Of a stretch of DNA of 64,000 nucleotides, positions 35,071 through 51,900 are shown in pieces. The notes below the pieces were generated by a model. That model had not been told where the DNA came from. It saw only the letters and a program-made list of their open reading frames with translations, and made no database searches. The DNA lies in assembly GCF_009914755.1 (NCBI RefSeq), contig NC_060936.1. One strand, given 5' to 3'. Position numbers and translations under genes: made by a program. Source of the stretch: the human T2T-CHM13v2.0 reference genome, Homo sapiens. Numbering within the stretch: position 1 is the stretch's first letter; the number at the start of each line of letters is the position of its first letter.

Positions 35071-36388
35071 ATGGGATAGGTATGGGGTCTGGTTCGTTTC
35101 ATCTTAGAACTTTTTCACACTGATAACAAGGAGGAACAAGAGTATAGTGAAGTAACAGAAGAGGTTACAGAGCATGTTTATTTGCCAGCTAAAGCTAAAG
35201 CGGCAAAGGAAGGACAGGTTCATCCCTACCCTTCTGCACCCCCTCATTATTTTTTGAGGAAAATGACCCCCCAGATCTTTCTTTTCCAGAGGACACTGGG
35301 TGAAAAATAGCTGCCCCAGTGACTGTTCGAGCAGCGCCTCGAGCGATGGCTCTTAGTTCTATTAGGCAGGAATTCGGCAAGCTAGACAAGAGGGTGATTT
35401 AGAGGCTTGGCAGTTCCCTGTTAGAATACATCCCCCAGATCAAGAGGGAAATATTACAGCTATATTTGAGCCTTTTCCTTTTAAATTACTTAAAGAACTA
35501 AAACAAGCAATAAGTCAATATGGACCAGGTTCTCCTTTTGTAATGGGACTGTTAAGGAATGTTACTGTTTCCAGTCGGATGATTCCTACTGACTGGGACG
35601 CTCTTACTCGAGCTTGTCTAACTCCTGCTCAGTTCTTACAATTTAAAATTTGGTGGGCAGATGAAGCTTCCATTTGGGCTGCTCGCAATGCCCAGGCCCA
35701 ACCTCAAATTAATATAACTGCAGACCAACTTTTGGGGGTTGGCGGCTGGGCTGGTTTAGATGCACAACTGGTCATGCAGGATGATGCCATAGAACAACTT
35801 AGAGGTGTGCACATTAGAGCTTGGGGAAAAAAAATCACTTAATGTGGGGAACAATACCCTTCCTTTAGTGCTATAAAACAGGGACCAAGGGAACCATATG
35901 TTGATTTTATAGCTCGGTTACAGGAGTCTCTTAAAAAGATGATTGCAGATTTGGCTGCTCAGGATATAGTGTTGCAGTTATTAGCTTTCCACAATGCTAA
36001 TCCCGATTGCCAGGCTGCTCTGTGACCTATCAGAGGGAAAACACATTTAGTTGATTATATCAAGGCCTGTGATGGTATCGGAGGTAATCTGCATAAAGCT
36101 ACCTTGTTGGCACAGGCAATGGCAGGACTGAGAGTGGATAAAGGAAATACTCCATTTCCTGGAGCTTGTTTTAACTGTGGGAAGCATGGTCATACTAAAA
36201 AAGAATGTAGAAAAAATCAGCGAGTCAGGCCACCAGATAGGGGAAAAAAGAAAACTGTTGAGCCAGAAATATGTCCAAAATGTAAAAAAGGAAGACACTG
36301 GGCTAGTCAGTGTCACTCTAAGTTTGATAAAGAAGGGAATCCGATTTCGGGAAATGCCATGAGGGAGCCGTCTCGGGCCCTGTTCTAA
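35071..36388 (+). pseudogene. Defective HML-3 gag
   Basis: Capsid-like peptide 35543..35842; major homology region IKQGPREPYVDFIARL; two CCHC knuckles CFNCGKHGHTKKEC and CPKCKKGRHWASQC; stop at codon 3 and frameshifts. Confidence 0.88.
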
Positions 36389-36389
36389 A

Positions 36390-37277
36390 CCGGGGCATTT
36401 CCAGCACAGGCCATTCCCTCACCCCTGTACAATGTCTGTCCCCTGCCACAGCAAGTAGTTCCACAGTAGATTTATGCTGCACAAAAGCTGTGAGCCTTCT
36501 GCCTGGGGAACCCCTGCAAAAGGTCCCAACAGGAGTCTGTGGACCCTTGCCAGCAGGGACTATAGGATTACTTTTAGGAAGGTCTAGTGTAAGTTTAAAA
36601 GGTGTACAAATACATACAGGAGTCATTGATTCAGATTATAATGGGTATATTCAAATTGTTATATCTACTTCTGTTCCCTGGAAAGCAGAGCCAGGAAAGC
36701 ACATAGCACAGCTCCTGATTGTGCCGTATGTGGGAATGGGAAAAAGTGAAATTAAACGAACAGGAGGATTTGGAAGCACAAATAAACAAGGCAAAGCAGC
36801 TTACTGGGTAAATCAAATTACTGATAAATGTCCTACCTGTGAAATAACTATTGAAGGAAAGAAATGTAAAGGTTTGGTAGATACAGGAGCAGACATTTCA
36901 ATCATTTCTCTACAGTACTGGCCATCCACGTGGCCAATTCAACCTGCTCAATTTAACATAGTTGAAGTTGGTAAAGTCACTGAAGTATATCAAAGTAGTT
37001 ATATTTTGCATTGTGAGGGGCCCGATGGACAACCTGGGACTATTCAAGCAATTATAACTTCTGTACCTATAAACTGATGGGGAAGAGATTTATTACAACA
37101 ATGGGGAGCACAAGTTCTAATTCCAGAACAATTATATAGCCCTCAAAGTCAATATACAATGCATGAAATGAGGTATGTCCCTGGTACGGGACTAGAAAAA
37201 AAAATTGCAAGGTTTGAAAGAACCACTTCAAGTGGAAAAAACAAAGTTCCCGCCAAACATTAGGGAAAAATTTTTGA
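36390..37277 (+). pseudogene. Betaretroviral pro (dUTPase, aspartic protease, G-patch), defective
   Basis: ORF 36490..37077 with GRSS, GVIDSDYNG, IAQL, RTGGFGST and LVDTGADISII; TGA at 37075-37077 just before WGRDLL. Confidence 0.9.
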
Positions 37278-37588
37278 TGGCAGCCATTGTTAAGCCTCCA
37301 GAACCTATACCTTTCAAATGGTTAACAGATACCCAATTTGGATAGAACAATGGCTGCTAAGTAAAGAGAAACTGGAGGCTTTAGAGAAATTAGTTGCTGA
37401 ACAATTAGAAAATGGGCACATAGCTCCAACATTTTCTTCTTGGAATTCTCCAATTTTCGTAATTAAGAAAAAATCAGGAAAATGGAAAATGTTCACTGAC
37501 TTAAGAGCCACCAATTCAGTTATACAACCTATGGGAGCATTACAACCAGGATTGCCTTCTCCTGCTATAATTCCAAAAAACTGGCCTG
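37277..37588 (+). pseudogene. pol RT N-terminus, truncated
   Basis: [21 protein letters not shown]...[25 protein letters not shown]...[14 protein letters not shown], then similarity ends abruptly. Confidence 0.9.
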
Positions 37589-37663
37589 ATTCCTGCAAGA
37601 AGTAGCTCACCATGACAAAGCTGCCCTTGCTTTTATCTCTTTGCAAATCTAAGAAGGGAGACA

Positions 37664-38155
37664 TGTTGGGAGCAACCCCCCAAAGTCTGGCCATAAACTG
37701 GCCCCAAAACTGGCCATAAATAAAATCTCTGCAGCAATGTAACATGTCCATAATGGCCATAAAGTCCAAGCTGGAAGGTTGTGAGTTTATGGGAATGAGG
37801 ACAAGGAATACCTGGCCCGCCCAGGGCAGAAAACTGCTTAAAGGCATTCTTAAGCCACAAACAAAAGCCTGAGCATCTGTGTCTTAAGGGTGTGTTCCTG
37901 CTGCAATTAATTTGGCCCATCCCTTCATTTCCCTTAAGGGATACTTTTAGTTAATTTAATATCTATAGAAACAATGCTAATGACTGGTTTGCTGTTAATA
38001 AATATGTGGGTAAATCTCTGTTCAGGGCTCTCAGCTCTGAAGGTTGTGAGAAATCAGGGGATTTCCCACTTCACACTTCTATATTTCTGTGTGTGTGTCT
38101 CTAATCCCTCTAGTGCCGCTGGGTTAGGGTCTCCCCAACTGAGCTGGTCTCGGCA
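37664..38155 (+). repeat. 3' LTR (MER9), 492 bp
   Basis: Follows the PPT; about 25-30 mismatches to the 5' LTR by eye, plus one micro-rearrangement. Confidence 0.95.
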
Positions 38156-40066
38156 AAAAGGAGACTAAAAAACTATAAAATATCAACAAAACAAAATGTT
38201 GGTTTTTTGAAAAAACAAAATTGACAAAACATTAGCTAGACTAACTAAAAGTGAGAAGACCCAAATAAATAAAATCAAAAATGAAAAAGCAGACATTACA
38301 GCTGATGCCACAGAAATACTAAAGATCATTAGAGACTATTATGAGCAACTGTAGGACAACAAATAGGAAAACCTAGAGAAAATGGATAAATTGCTAAACA
38401 CACAAAACCTATCAAGACTGAACCAAACAGAAGGAAATACAAAACCTGAACAGATCAATAATGAGTAACAAGACTGCATCATCAATAAAAAGTCTCCCAA
38501 GAAAAAAAGCCCAGGACCAGATGGCTTCACTGCTGAATTCTACCAAACTTTTAAAAAAGAACTAATACTAATTCTTCTCAAACTATTCCAAAAAATTGAA
38601 AGGGAGAGGATTCTTCCAAACTCTACGAGGCCAGCATTACCCTGACACCAAAACCAGACAGGGACACAACAAAAAAAAGAGCACTATGGCCAGTATCCCT
38701 AATAAATACAGATGCAAAAACCCTCAACAAAAACACCAGCAAACCAAATCCAGCAACACGTTAAAAAGATTATTCACCATGATCAAGTTAGATTTATCAC
38801 AGGTATGCAAGGATGGTTCAATATATGCAAATCAATAAATGTGATACATCGTATCAACTGAATGAAGAAAAAACGATAATTTCAATACATGCAGAAAAAG
38901 CGTCTGACAAAAATTCAGCTTTCCTTCATGACAAAAACTTTAAAAAAAATTAGGTATAAAAGAAACATACCTCAATACAATGAATACCATATATGACAAA
39001 ACCACAACTAACATCATACTGAACAAAAAAACATTGAAAGCTTTTCCCCTAAGAACTAGAACAATACAAGGATGTTCACCCTTGTCAATCTTATTCAACA
39101 CAGCACTGGAAATCTCAGCCAAAGCAATTAGGCATGAGAGAGAAATAAATGGCTTCAAAATAAAAAAGGAGAAAGTCAAAACTGTCCACTTGCAGATGAC
39201 ATTATCTTATATATAGAAAAACCTAAAGATCCCACCAAAAAGCTCTTAGAACTTTTAATTCATTAAAGTTTCAGGATAAAAAAACTCAACATACAAAAAT
39301 CAGTAGCATTTCTACATACTTAAACTAACTGGAAAAGAAAGAAATCTTCTTTATTATAATTATAAAAATTAAAATACCTATGAATAAATTTAACAAAGGA
39401 GGTAAAAGATCTCTAAAAGGAAAACTATAAAATACTGATTAAAGAAATTGAAGACACCAAAAAATAAAAAGAAATCTCATGCTTATGGATTGGGAGATTA
39501 ATATTGTTAACATGACCATACTACCAAAAGTGATCTACAGTCAATGCAATTTCTACCATATTACCAATGAATTTCTTCACAGAAATTGAAAAAAAAAATC
39601 TTAAAATTTGCATGGAGTCACAAGACTCCAAAGAGTCAAAGCAATCCTGTGTAAAAAGAACAAAGTTGGAGCTATCTATCACACTATCTGACTTCAAAAT
39701 ATGCTACAAAGCTGTAGTAACCAAAACACCATAGTACTGGCATAAAAACACATACACCCACAAATGAAACAGAAGAGAGAAGTCAAAAATAATTCCACAT
39801 ATTTACAGATAACTGATTTTCAACAAAAGCACCAAGAAAATACATTGGGGAAAGGACAGCCTCTTCAATAAATGATTATGGGAAAACTGCATATCCAAAT
39901 GCAGAAGAATAAAACTAGATCCATCTCTCATCATATATAAAAATCAAAAACTTAAGTATGAGACCCCAAACTATGAAACTACTACAGGAAAACACAAGGA
40001 AAAGACTTCAGGACATTGCCCTAGGGGAAGATTTTACGGGTGAGACCTCAATAACACAGGCAACAA

Positions 40067-40374
40067 GTTGGGCATGGTGGCACGTGCCTATAGTCTCAGC
40101 TACTTGGGAAGCTGAGGCAAGAGGATCACCTGAGTCCAGAAATTTTGTGCTGTAGATGCTGTAGTGCGCTACTGCAATTGGGCATTCACATTAAGTTTCG
40201 CATCAGGATAATGACCTCCCAAGAGTAGAGGACCACCAGAATGCCTAAGGAGGGGTGACCTGACCCAGGTCAGAAATAGAGTGGGTCAAAACTCTACGCT
40301 GAACAATAGTAGCATTGCACCTGTGAATACCCACTGCAATCCAGCCTGGGCAACACAGCAAAATCCCATCCCTT
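40067..40374 (+). pseudogene. Full-length 7SL (SRP) RNA retropseudogene
   Basis: Alu-domain ends enclosing an S domain (gacctccc...ggaccaccag...gcctaaggaggggtga...cccaggtcagaaa...ggtcaaaactc); A-rich tail; TSD aacacaggcaacaa/aacgcaggcaacaa. Confidence 0.92.
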
Positions 40375-40552
40375 ATATAAATACAAAAACAAAATAAATG
40401 AAACAACTATAACAACAGAAAACGCAGGCAACAAAAGCAAACATAGATAAATGAGATCGTATCAAACCAAGTTTCTGCACAACAAGGAAACAATCAACAG
40501 AGTGAAGAGACAACCTATACAATGGGAGAAAATATTAATACCTGCAAACTAA

Positions 40553-44636
<4,084 letters not shown>

Positions 44637-46640
44637 ACAAAATATTGGAAATTAAATGAACATAGGAGACTATTTCACTAAACACTGATAGATACACATA
44701 GTGGAGTGCTATGCAGCCATAAAAAAGAATGAGGCTAATCCCTATGAACTAATCTGAAGCAGTTTCCAGGGTGCACTGATAAGAAAGAAGGAAAAATACA
44801 ATGACATCTGGTATTTGTGAGGAACAAAAACAAACAAACAAAAAATGTAGGAAGTCTAAACCAGAAACTAATGAGATTAATCTCACATGGGGCAGGATAG
44901 ATGAGAAAAGATGAGGGAAATGGGAACAGGGTAGAGGAGATGTGGGAAGTGGCATTTTTTTGAAGGTTTTGTTTTTTTGTTTTTGTTTTTTTTTGGTGTA
45001 TTATAGTTCTGTCCTTTAGAACCATGTAGACATTCCAAATGCCCAACATATTAATAAATAAATAAACAAGGATGAGGTATGGACTCAAAACAGAATAGAA
45101 TAGAAAGAATAAACCTGCTTTATAAGTGAATAACAAACCACATTAAAGGAGAATTTGGTGAGAAAAATCCTAAGTAACTTTGGAAAATAATATTTTGACT
45201 ATATACTCTAAGGCTAAAGATAAAAACAACTATACACAAATATTACATGTAAGTTAATAGGTTTGTTTTTCATTGAGTGATGAGTTAGCAATTCTAAAAC
45301 AACTTTATATTTTAGGACTGAGGAAATAAGTAAATATGGTAGGAATAATGAATGCCAGTTTTCTCACTGTCAAAAGAATTCCAAGTATGAAAAGAGGAAG
45401 ACCAGAATGAACTCCACGGTGCTGGAACAGAACTGGAAATATCAATGTAAACTCAAGATTATTAATATAGAGAAAAAATAAAGAAATAGATGTAAATGTG
45501 TAATTTTCAGTTCACTGGGAGGACCTAGAAGCAATGACTCTCTAGTACCAATAAGCATACCTAGAGTTGAGATTTTGGTTTCTAAATGCCATTCTCCAAT
45601 TAAAAAGGAATCAAAGCACCTCAGATAAATGTTTAATTCCAGGGCTGGGGCAGGGAAAGTGAAAGAGAATCACAGAACATCCTGTAATGACAGAAAAAAG
45701 TCACAATAAATGGTGGGATTATGTCAAAAGGACATGGGATTCAACTTGAAAGATCTTCCAATAGCCAAATCTGAGAAAAGTTAAGCAACAAAAAAAATAA
45801 CAAAATCTTATAATCTATAGAAAAAATATGAATGTATAAATCCATAATGATATAAATATATTTAGAGGAGAAGGGAAAGCACTTACTTTCAGGAGAATTC
45901 CAACTAATAAATGAGGAAGGATCATAGAAATGGAAAGATCACCATTTGGCAAATGCTAGAGTTATAACTGTTTCAGATAAGAATTATCAATGGATACTAA
46001 AATTAATGGAAGATTATATAAAGGCAAAATATGAGAATATTTACACAGACTTGAAATATCATATGGGCAACCACAGATAATTATATATTACAAAGGGAAA
46101 AAATAGTAATTTTATAGGGGAAAAATGTGGCAGATACCACCTTAACCAAGTGATCAAGGTTAAAATCACCAGTTAAGGGGCCAAATCATGGAAATTCACT
46201 GAGGACACATGACTTTGATGTTTTGCTAAAAATGCCTAACCTGAATTTAACCATGAAAAATGCAATACAAAACCAAAATGAGAGAGGATATACAAAATAC
46301 TGACAAGTATTTGTCAAAGTGTTCATAAGTTCCAGATTAAAAGTAACTAAATGCAACATGTGATCCTGAATTGGGTTTTAGACCAGAAGAAAGACATCAG
46401 TGGGACAACTGGTAAAATTTAAGTACAGTTAATAGATTTTATAATAGTAATGCCTGATTTCCTGATTATATTCATGTTAATTTCTTAATCTTGATTATTA
46501 TAATATGGTTACATAGGTATTTGTATTTGGGAGATCAGGGTGAAGAGCACATGGGAATTCTTTGTACTAGTTGTACATCATTTTGTTAACTCTGACCTTA
46601 TTTCAACATGAAAAACTTTAAATATATATGTATATATAAC

Positions 46641-46790
46641 CTAACACTCTGAAGCTCCTTCCTGGTGATCTCTTCTGCCATCTGTGAAGCCCGCAATTTC
46701 TCTTCATACTGATCCTTTTCAGATTGCCTCCAGACATCATGTTCCACTTTCATTTTCTCCAAATCTGCTAACCTGTTCTCGAGTTCTAAC
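46641..46790 (-). CDS. CEP83: CEP83 internal coding exon (150 nt, phase 2-2)
   Basis: TTTTAG|G...GTTAG|GTTATA; encodes [49 protein letters not shown](R); inside ORF 46598..46849; preceded by a 113-nt intron. Confidence 0.95.
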
Positions 46791-46902
46791 CTAAAACAAG
46801 AGATCATAATTATGTTACAAGAACTATAATAAAGATGATATGACAGCAAAATGTTTTCATTTGCAAGGATATTTAAGTCAAACTAAGGTAATTAAGTACT
46901 TA

Positions 46903-47058
<156 letters not shown>

Positions 47059-48113
47059 TCAAGGAGAAAAGTGTACTATATTCAATGTTATTAAGATGAA
47101 AAATCACATTTAACAGCAAGCATTCATAAGCTGGTAAGACAAATGAATGTAGAAAGTCTCTACAAATATATATTCTCAACAATACTCACATCATTAATAA
47201 ACACTCTTAAAATAAGAATGAAACAGGCTAAAACTCAGAGCAAATTTTCCTGTCACTGTTTATTTAGTGCATACACATATAAAAACTTTAATAAAAGCTG
47301 TATACATTTACTCATTCGAACATTGAGAGTTGAGATCAAACTGGATGATAACCAGAGGTTTACTTACTTCACCTCTAAAGAGGTTCTGTGACCTAAGCCT
47401 CATAGAAAAAGCTGGCTGACAGCAGAGTGAAATAAATCACAAAACCCTTCAAAACCTATTGATTCTAGCAGAATTGCTAGATCTCTAGCAGAAGTATAAA
47501 TAACATGGACACTTTCAAGTTTGTACAATGAATTCAGAAATCTTTGCAATGAAATGGCAAATACTTTGCAGATGGAATAACTAAAGCAAATTCACATCTA
47601 ACTCAAAGTGAAAACAAAATGCAGCATTCTTTAAGTTCCTAAAAAAATTTACTTCTTAACTCTATGGAAATCCATGAGTCAATAAATAGAAATTAACAAT
47701 TGGAAAAAATCATTCATAGCAGCCAGACACGGTGTTAGCACCTGTAGTCCCAGCTACTGAGGAGGCTTAGGCAGGAGGACCATTTGAGCCCAGGAGTTCA
47801 AGGCTAGCCTGGGCAACATGGTGAGACCCCATTTCAAAACATGAAAGGCATTCATCATAAACTCTGTCTGAAATGAGTTCAACTACAGATCAACTCAAGC
47901 ATAGCTACAGGCCAAAGGTAAGCTTATTTAAATACTTCAAGTTAGAAACAACATAAATAATGAGGAAATCTGATGAGACAGATGTTCCAAGATTAAACTG
48001 GAACTTAAAAATAAGCCTACTCGGCTGGGCGTGGCTCATGCCTGTAATCCCAGTACTTTGGGAGGCCGAGGCAGGCAGATCACGAGGTCAGGAGATCAAG
48101 ACCATCCTGGCTA

Positions 48114-48338
<225 letters not shown>

Positions 48339-48731
48339 CTACTCTGCACTAGGCTACAATGAACTGGCCTGAGGTCTACATAAAAAAATCTTTTTAATTG
48401 AAAAAAATTAAGCCTGGAACCCAATTATCTTCCTCACATTCTCCAGACTTAAAATGTCCTGGGACTAATAACTACACCATAAATAGATTTAAAATTTATA
48501 AATCAGGAAGTATGGCATCCCATTTACAAAATTCATTTATGTATCCAATAACTATGATAAAAACATAAGACTGATTTTTTTAAAGTTATTAAATCTTACA
48601 ATGAACAAAACACTCAACATATAATAAACATTTCATATGTACTCCAAAATTAAAACTAAATTAAGTTGAAAATTTGGAAATAAAAATTCAGATTCAACTA
48701 TTTTAATAATTTGAGTTCATATCTGAAAATA

Positions 48732-48750
48732 AGCAGCAGCAGCAGCAGCA
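48732..48750. repeat. (AGC)6, read as (CTG)n on the CEP83 sense strand
   Basis: agcagcagcagcagcagca seen directly. Confidence 0.95.
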
Positions 48751-48760
48751 AGGGAAATCA

Positions 48761-48916
<156 letters not shown>

Positions 48917-51900
48917 TCATTTTCTTGCCATTCAATACTTACCCCAAAACATAAGTGGAAACAAGAAAACGCTCTGGTAGTAAAGTAGAGTCTAAGTATC
49001 TTCCAAGAAGAAAGAAGTGTCAGTGCCTGCAACAGTACTTCAAGTAAGGAGACATTAAGAAAATACTGTTCTTTCCTAACAGAACAGAGGCATTTCTTTA
49101 CGAATATCTGTGTATGGTCCTTTGGCTTAATCTTGCCTTAAAGACTTAATTACAAGTATCTAAAATCAACTACTCAATGATTGGAAAATCTGCAGGGGAA
49201 AAAACCCTGAAACTTTTAAAATTTGTTAATATTTCTAAAAGACAGGGTCTTGCTATGTCATCCAGGCTGGAGTGCAGTGGCACGATCATAGCTCATTTCA
49301 ACTTCAAACTCCTGGGCTCAAGTGATCCTCTCTCCTCAGCATTCCAAGTAGCTGTCAGGACTATAGGTGCACACCACCACACTCAGATAATTTTTCAATT
49401 TTTTTGTAGCAATAGGGTCTTGCTATGTTGACCAGGCTGGTCTCAAACTCCTGGCCTCAAGCAATCCACCTGCTTTGGCCTCCTAAAGTGCTAGGATTAT
49501 AGTTGTAATCCACTGCACTTGGCCTGAAACCTTCCTTTTAAAAAGTGTCCACAGCTGGATACAGTAACTTGCACCTAAAATCCCAGCTACTCAAGAGGCT
49601 GTGGCAGAAGGAAGTGTTTGAGGCCTGGTGTTGGAGACCAGCCTGGGCAACATAGTGAGATCCTTTCTCTAAAAAAAAATTTAAAAATTAGCCAGACATG
49701 ACATGCCCCTTAGTCCCAGCCACTGGGGAGACTGAGGTAAGAGGATCACTTGAGTCTAGGGGTTTGAGGCTGCAGTGCTATGATTGTGCCAATGTATTCC
49801 AGCCTGGGCAACAGAGTGAGACCTTGTCTCTAAAAAAAAATTAAAATTAAATTTAAGAATAAAAAATGTGCTGGGGACAAAGAAGGTATTCTAGGTAGAA
49901 GGAACAGCATACAAAATGTTATTATATGTATAACATCACATGGTCTGCTCTTAAAACAAGCTAAGCATTACATGTAGAGCACCGGAAGATGTGAAATCTG
50001 TGGAGGAATGGCAGGGAATAAACTTTATATACCATACAAAAGGGTTGTTTTTCAGGTTAGCTGTTGAAGGTGGCACAATTAACTAATGCGAATCTGTTGG
50101 CTTAAGAAACTGAAGGTAAATAAATCAATTAAGAGGCAAGAAATGAATAAACGGAGGGGGGAAGGAAGAATCAATTGAATCTGGTGACAAAATAGTGTAA
50201 TGTGTATAGACTGTGTCTGTGTGCGCATGTGCACAAGTATTAGGTAGGGGATTGGGGGCAGGAACAAGTATAAATCATATAAATTCATTTTCCATAGCCC
50301 TTCTCTTTGGTAAGGAGCTTCTAAAATTAGATATAGTCATATAATAAGGATTTAATCAATACAAACACAAAGGTTAGATTAACCCATTTTCTGATATATT
50401 ATCCAAATATATAAAAGTATGGAATCAGAGTAGGAAACTACAAATACATACACATCAAATACAGAAAATGTGAGATGGCAGAAACAGGAAAATAAAAGAC
50501 AATTTACTTAAGAGTCCAATAAAACCCCATAAATACTGGAGTTGGGAGTCAGACACAAATCAAAAAAAGGTCCTAGAGCCAAAGAGGGCAAGGATAAGAA
50601 ATAGAAGTGTCTTATTGGAAGATATTCCATCAACAAAAGGTCCTGAAAACGTTTCAAGGAATAGTTTCATGCAAAATCCTCATCCAAAGGAAATAAACAG
50701 AAAAGTGAGTACTGCCTTATGTACTGGTAACTACAATAAGACATCCCTCCAAATTAACTCGTAGATTTTTAAATGACCGTACATAAAATGGTGACCCTGT
50801 GCTGACATCAGTTTTGCATTTTTATTTATTTATTTTCTGAGACAGAGTCTCGCTCTGTCGCCCAGGCTGGAGTACAGTGGCTTAATCTCAGCTTACTGCA
50901 ACCTCTGTCTCCTGGGTTCAAGCAAATTCTCTGCCTCAGCCTCCTGAGTAGCTAGGATTACAGGCATGCACCACCACACCTGGCTAAATTTTGTATTTTT
51001 AGTAGAGATGGGGTTTCACCATCTTGGCCAGGCTGGTCTTGAACTCCTGACCTCGTGATCCATCCGCCTCGGCCTTCCAAAGTGCTGGGATTACAGGCGT
51101 TAAGCCACCACACCTGGCCTGTGGTTTTAATTTCCTTTTGGAAGTTATTTTCTATAAAAGCAAGTTTTATAAAATGATGTTTACATGACAACAGCTGATA
51201 ATTTGTTTTAATACTTAAACTTTCTGTAGATTGGATTTTACTACATTATAATTTCATGGACAGATAGAATTTAAATTATAAATACTTTAAAATTTTGAAG
51301 AAATATGATTACAAAGAAAATCCAATCACTATGACAAATGTAATTATAACCTGCTATTATATACTAACTGTAAAAGGTTAAGAATGACACAGCATTTCAT
51401 TAACAAACATACTATAGCTGCATGAGGTGGAAAATTAGAGCCATCTTATTTCATAGGAAGTTGATTCATCTCATGGTAAAAGATCTACAAAAACTTATTT
51501 CTTATTCATTTCACCCTGAAATTTACTGAAATGAGACGACATTTTTAACTAAACTACAATTATTGAAACTGAAAGAACACCGAATAGGAAGTCAAGCAAC
51601 AAGTGAGGTCTGTCTTCAGGCCTACTTTTGCTGTTAAACCAGTGGTATATGCTCAAGCAATTTACCTGTCCTCTCTGCATTCAAATGTACTCATTTATGG
51701 ATCTAAAGTTTTTCTTTATTGCCTTATTTCTATTATCCTAACATCACTGATGCATCACTTATATGAACACTGTTAATTTCCTAAAAATATACTAAAAGGA
51801 ATTTTACTTAACGTATGAAAATGTATTACCCAGTAATGACAAATAATAGCACTTTTCTATGAGTAATCTGAACCAAATTCCAAATGTTACAGTAAAGTTT

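Larger units (their letters stand above)
34431..38155 (+). mobile_element. HERV-K(HML-3)/HERVK9 provirus with MER9 LTRs, internally deleted (3725 bp)
   Basis: Two TG...CA LTRs, PBS, gag-pro-pol remnants, PPT aagaagggagaca, TSD aaaaga/aaaagg; the LTR start tgttgggagcaagcccccc is MER9-like. Confidence 0.92.

Noticed and set aside
36104-37605. Zinc knuckle + dUTPase + protease + RT cluster as a novel RT-based system
   Set aside because: Order and motifs are the standard betaretroviral gag-pro-pol layout between LTRs, and all parts are defective
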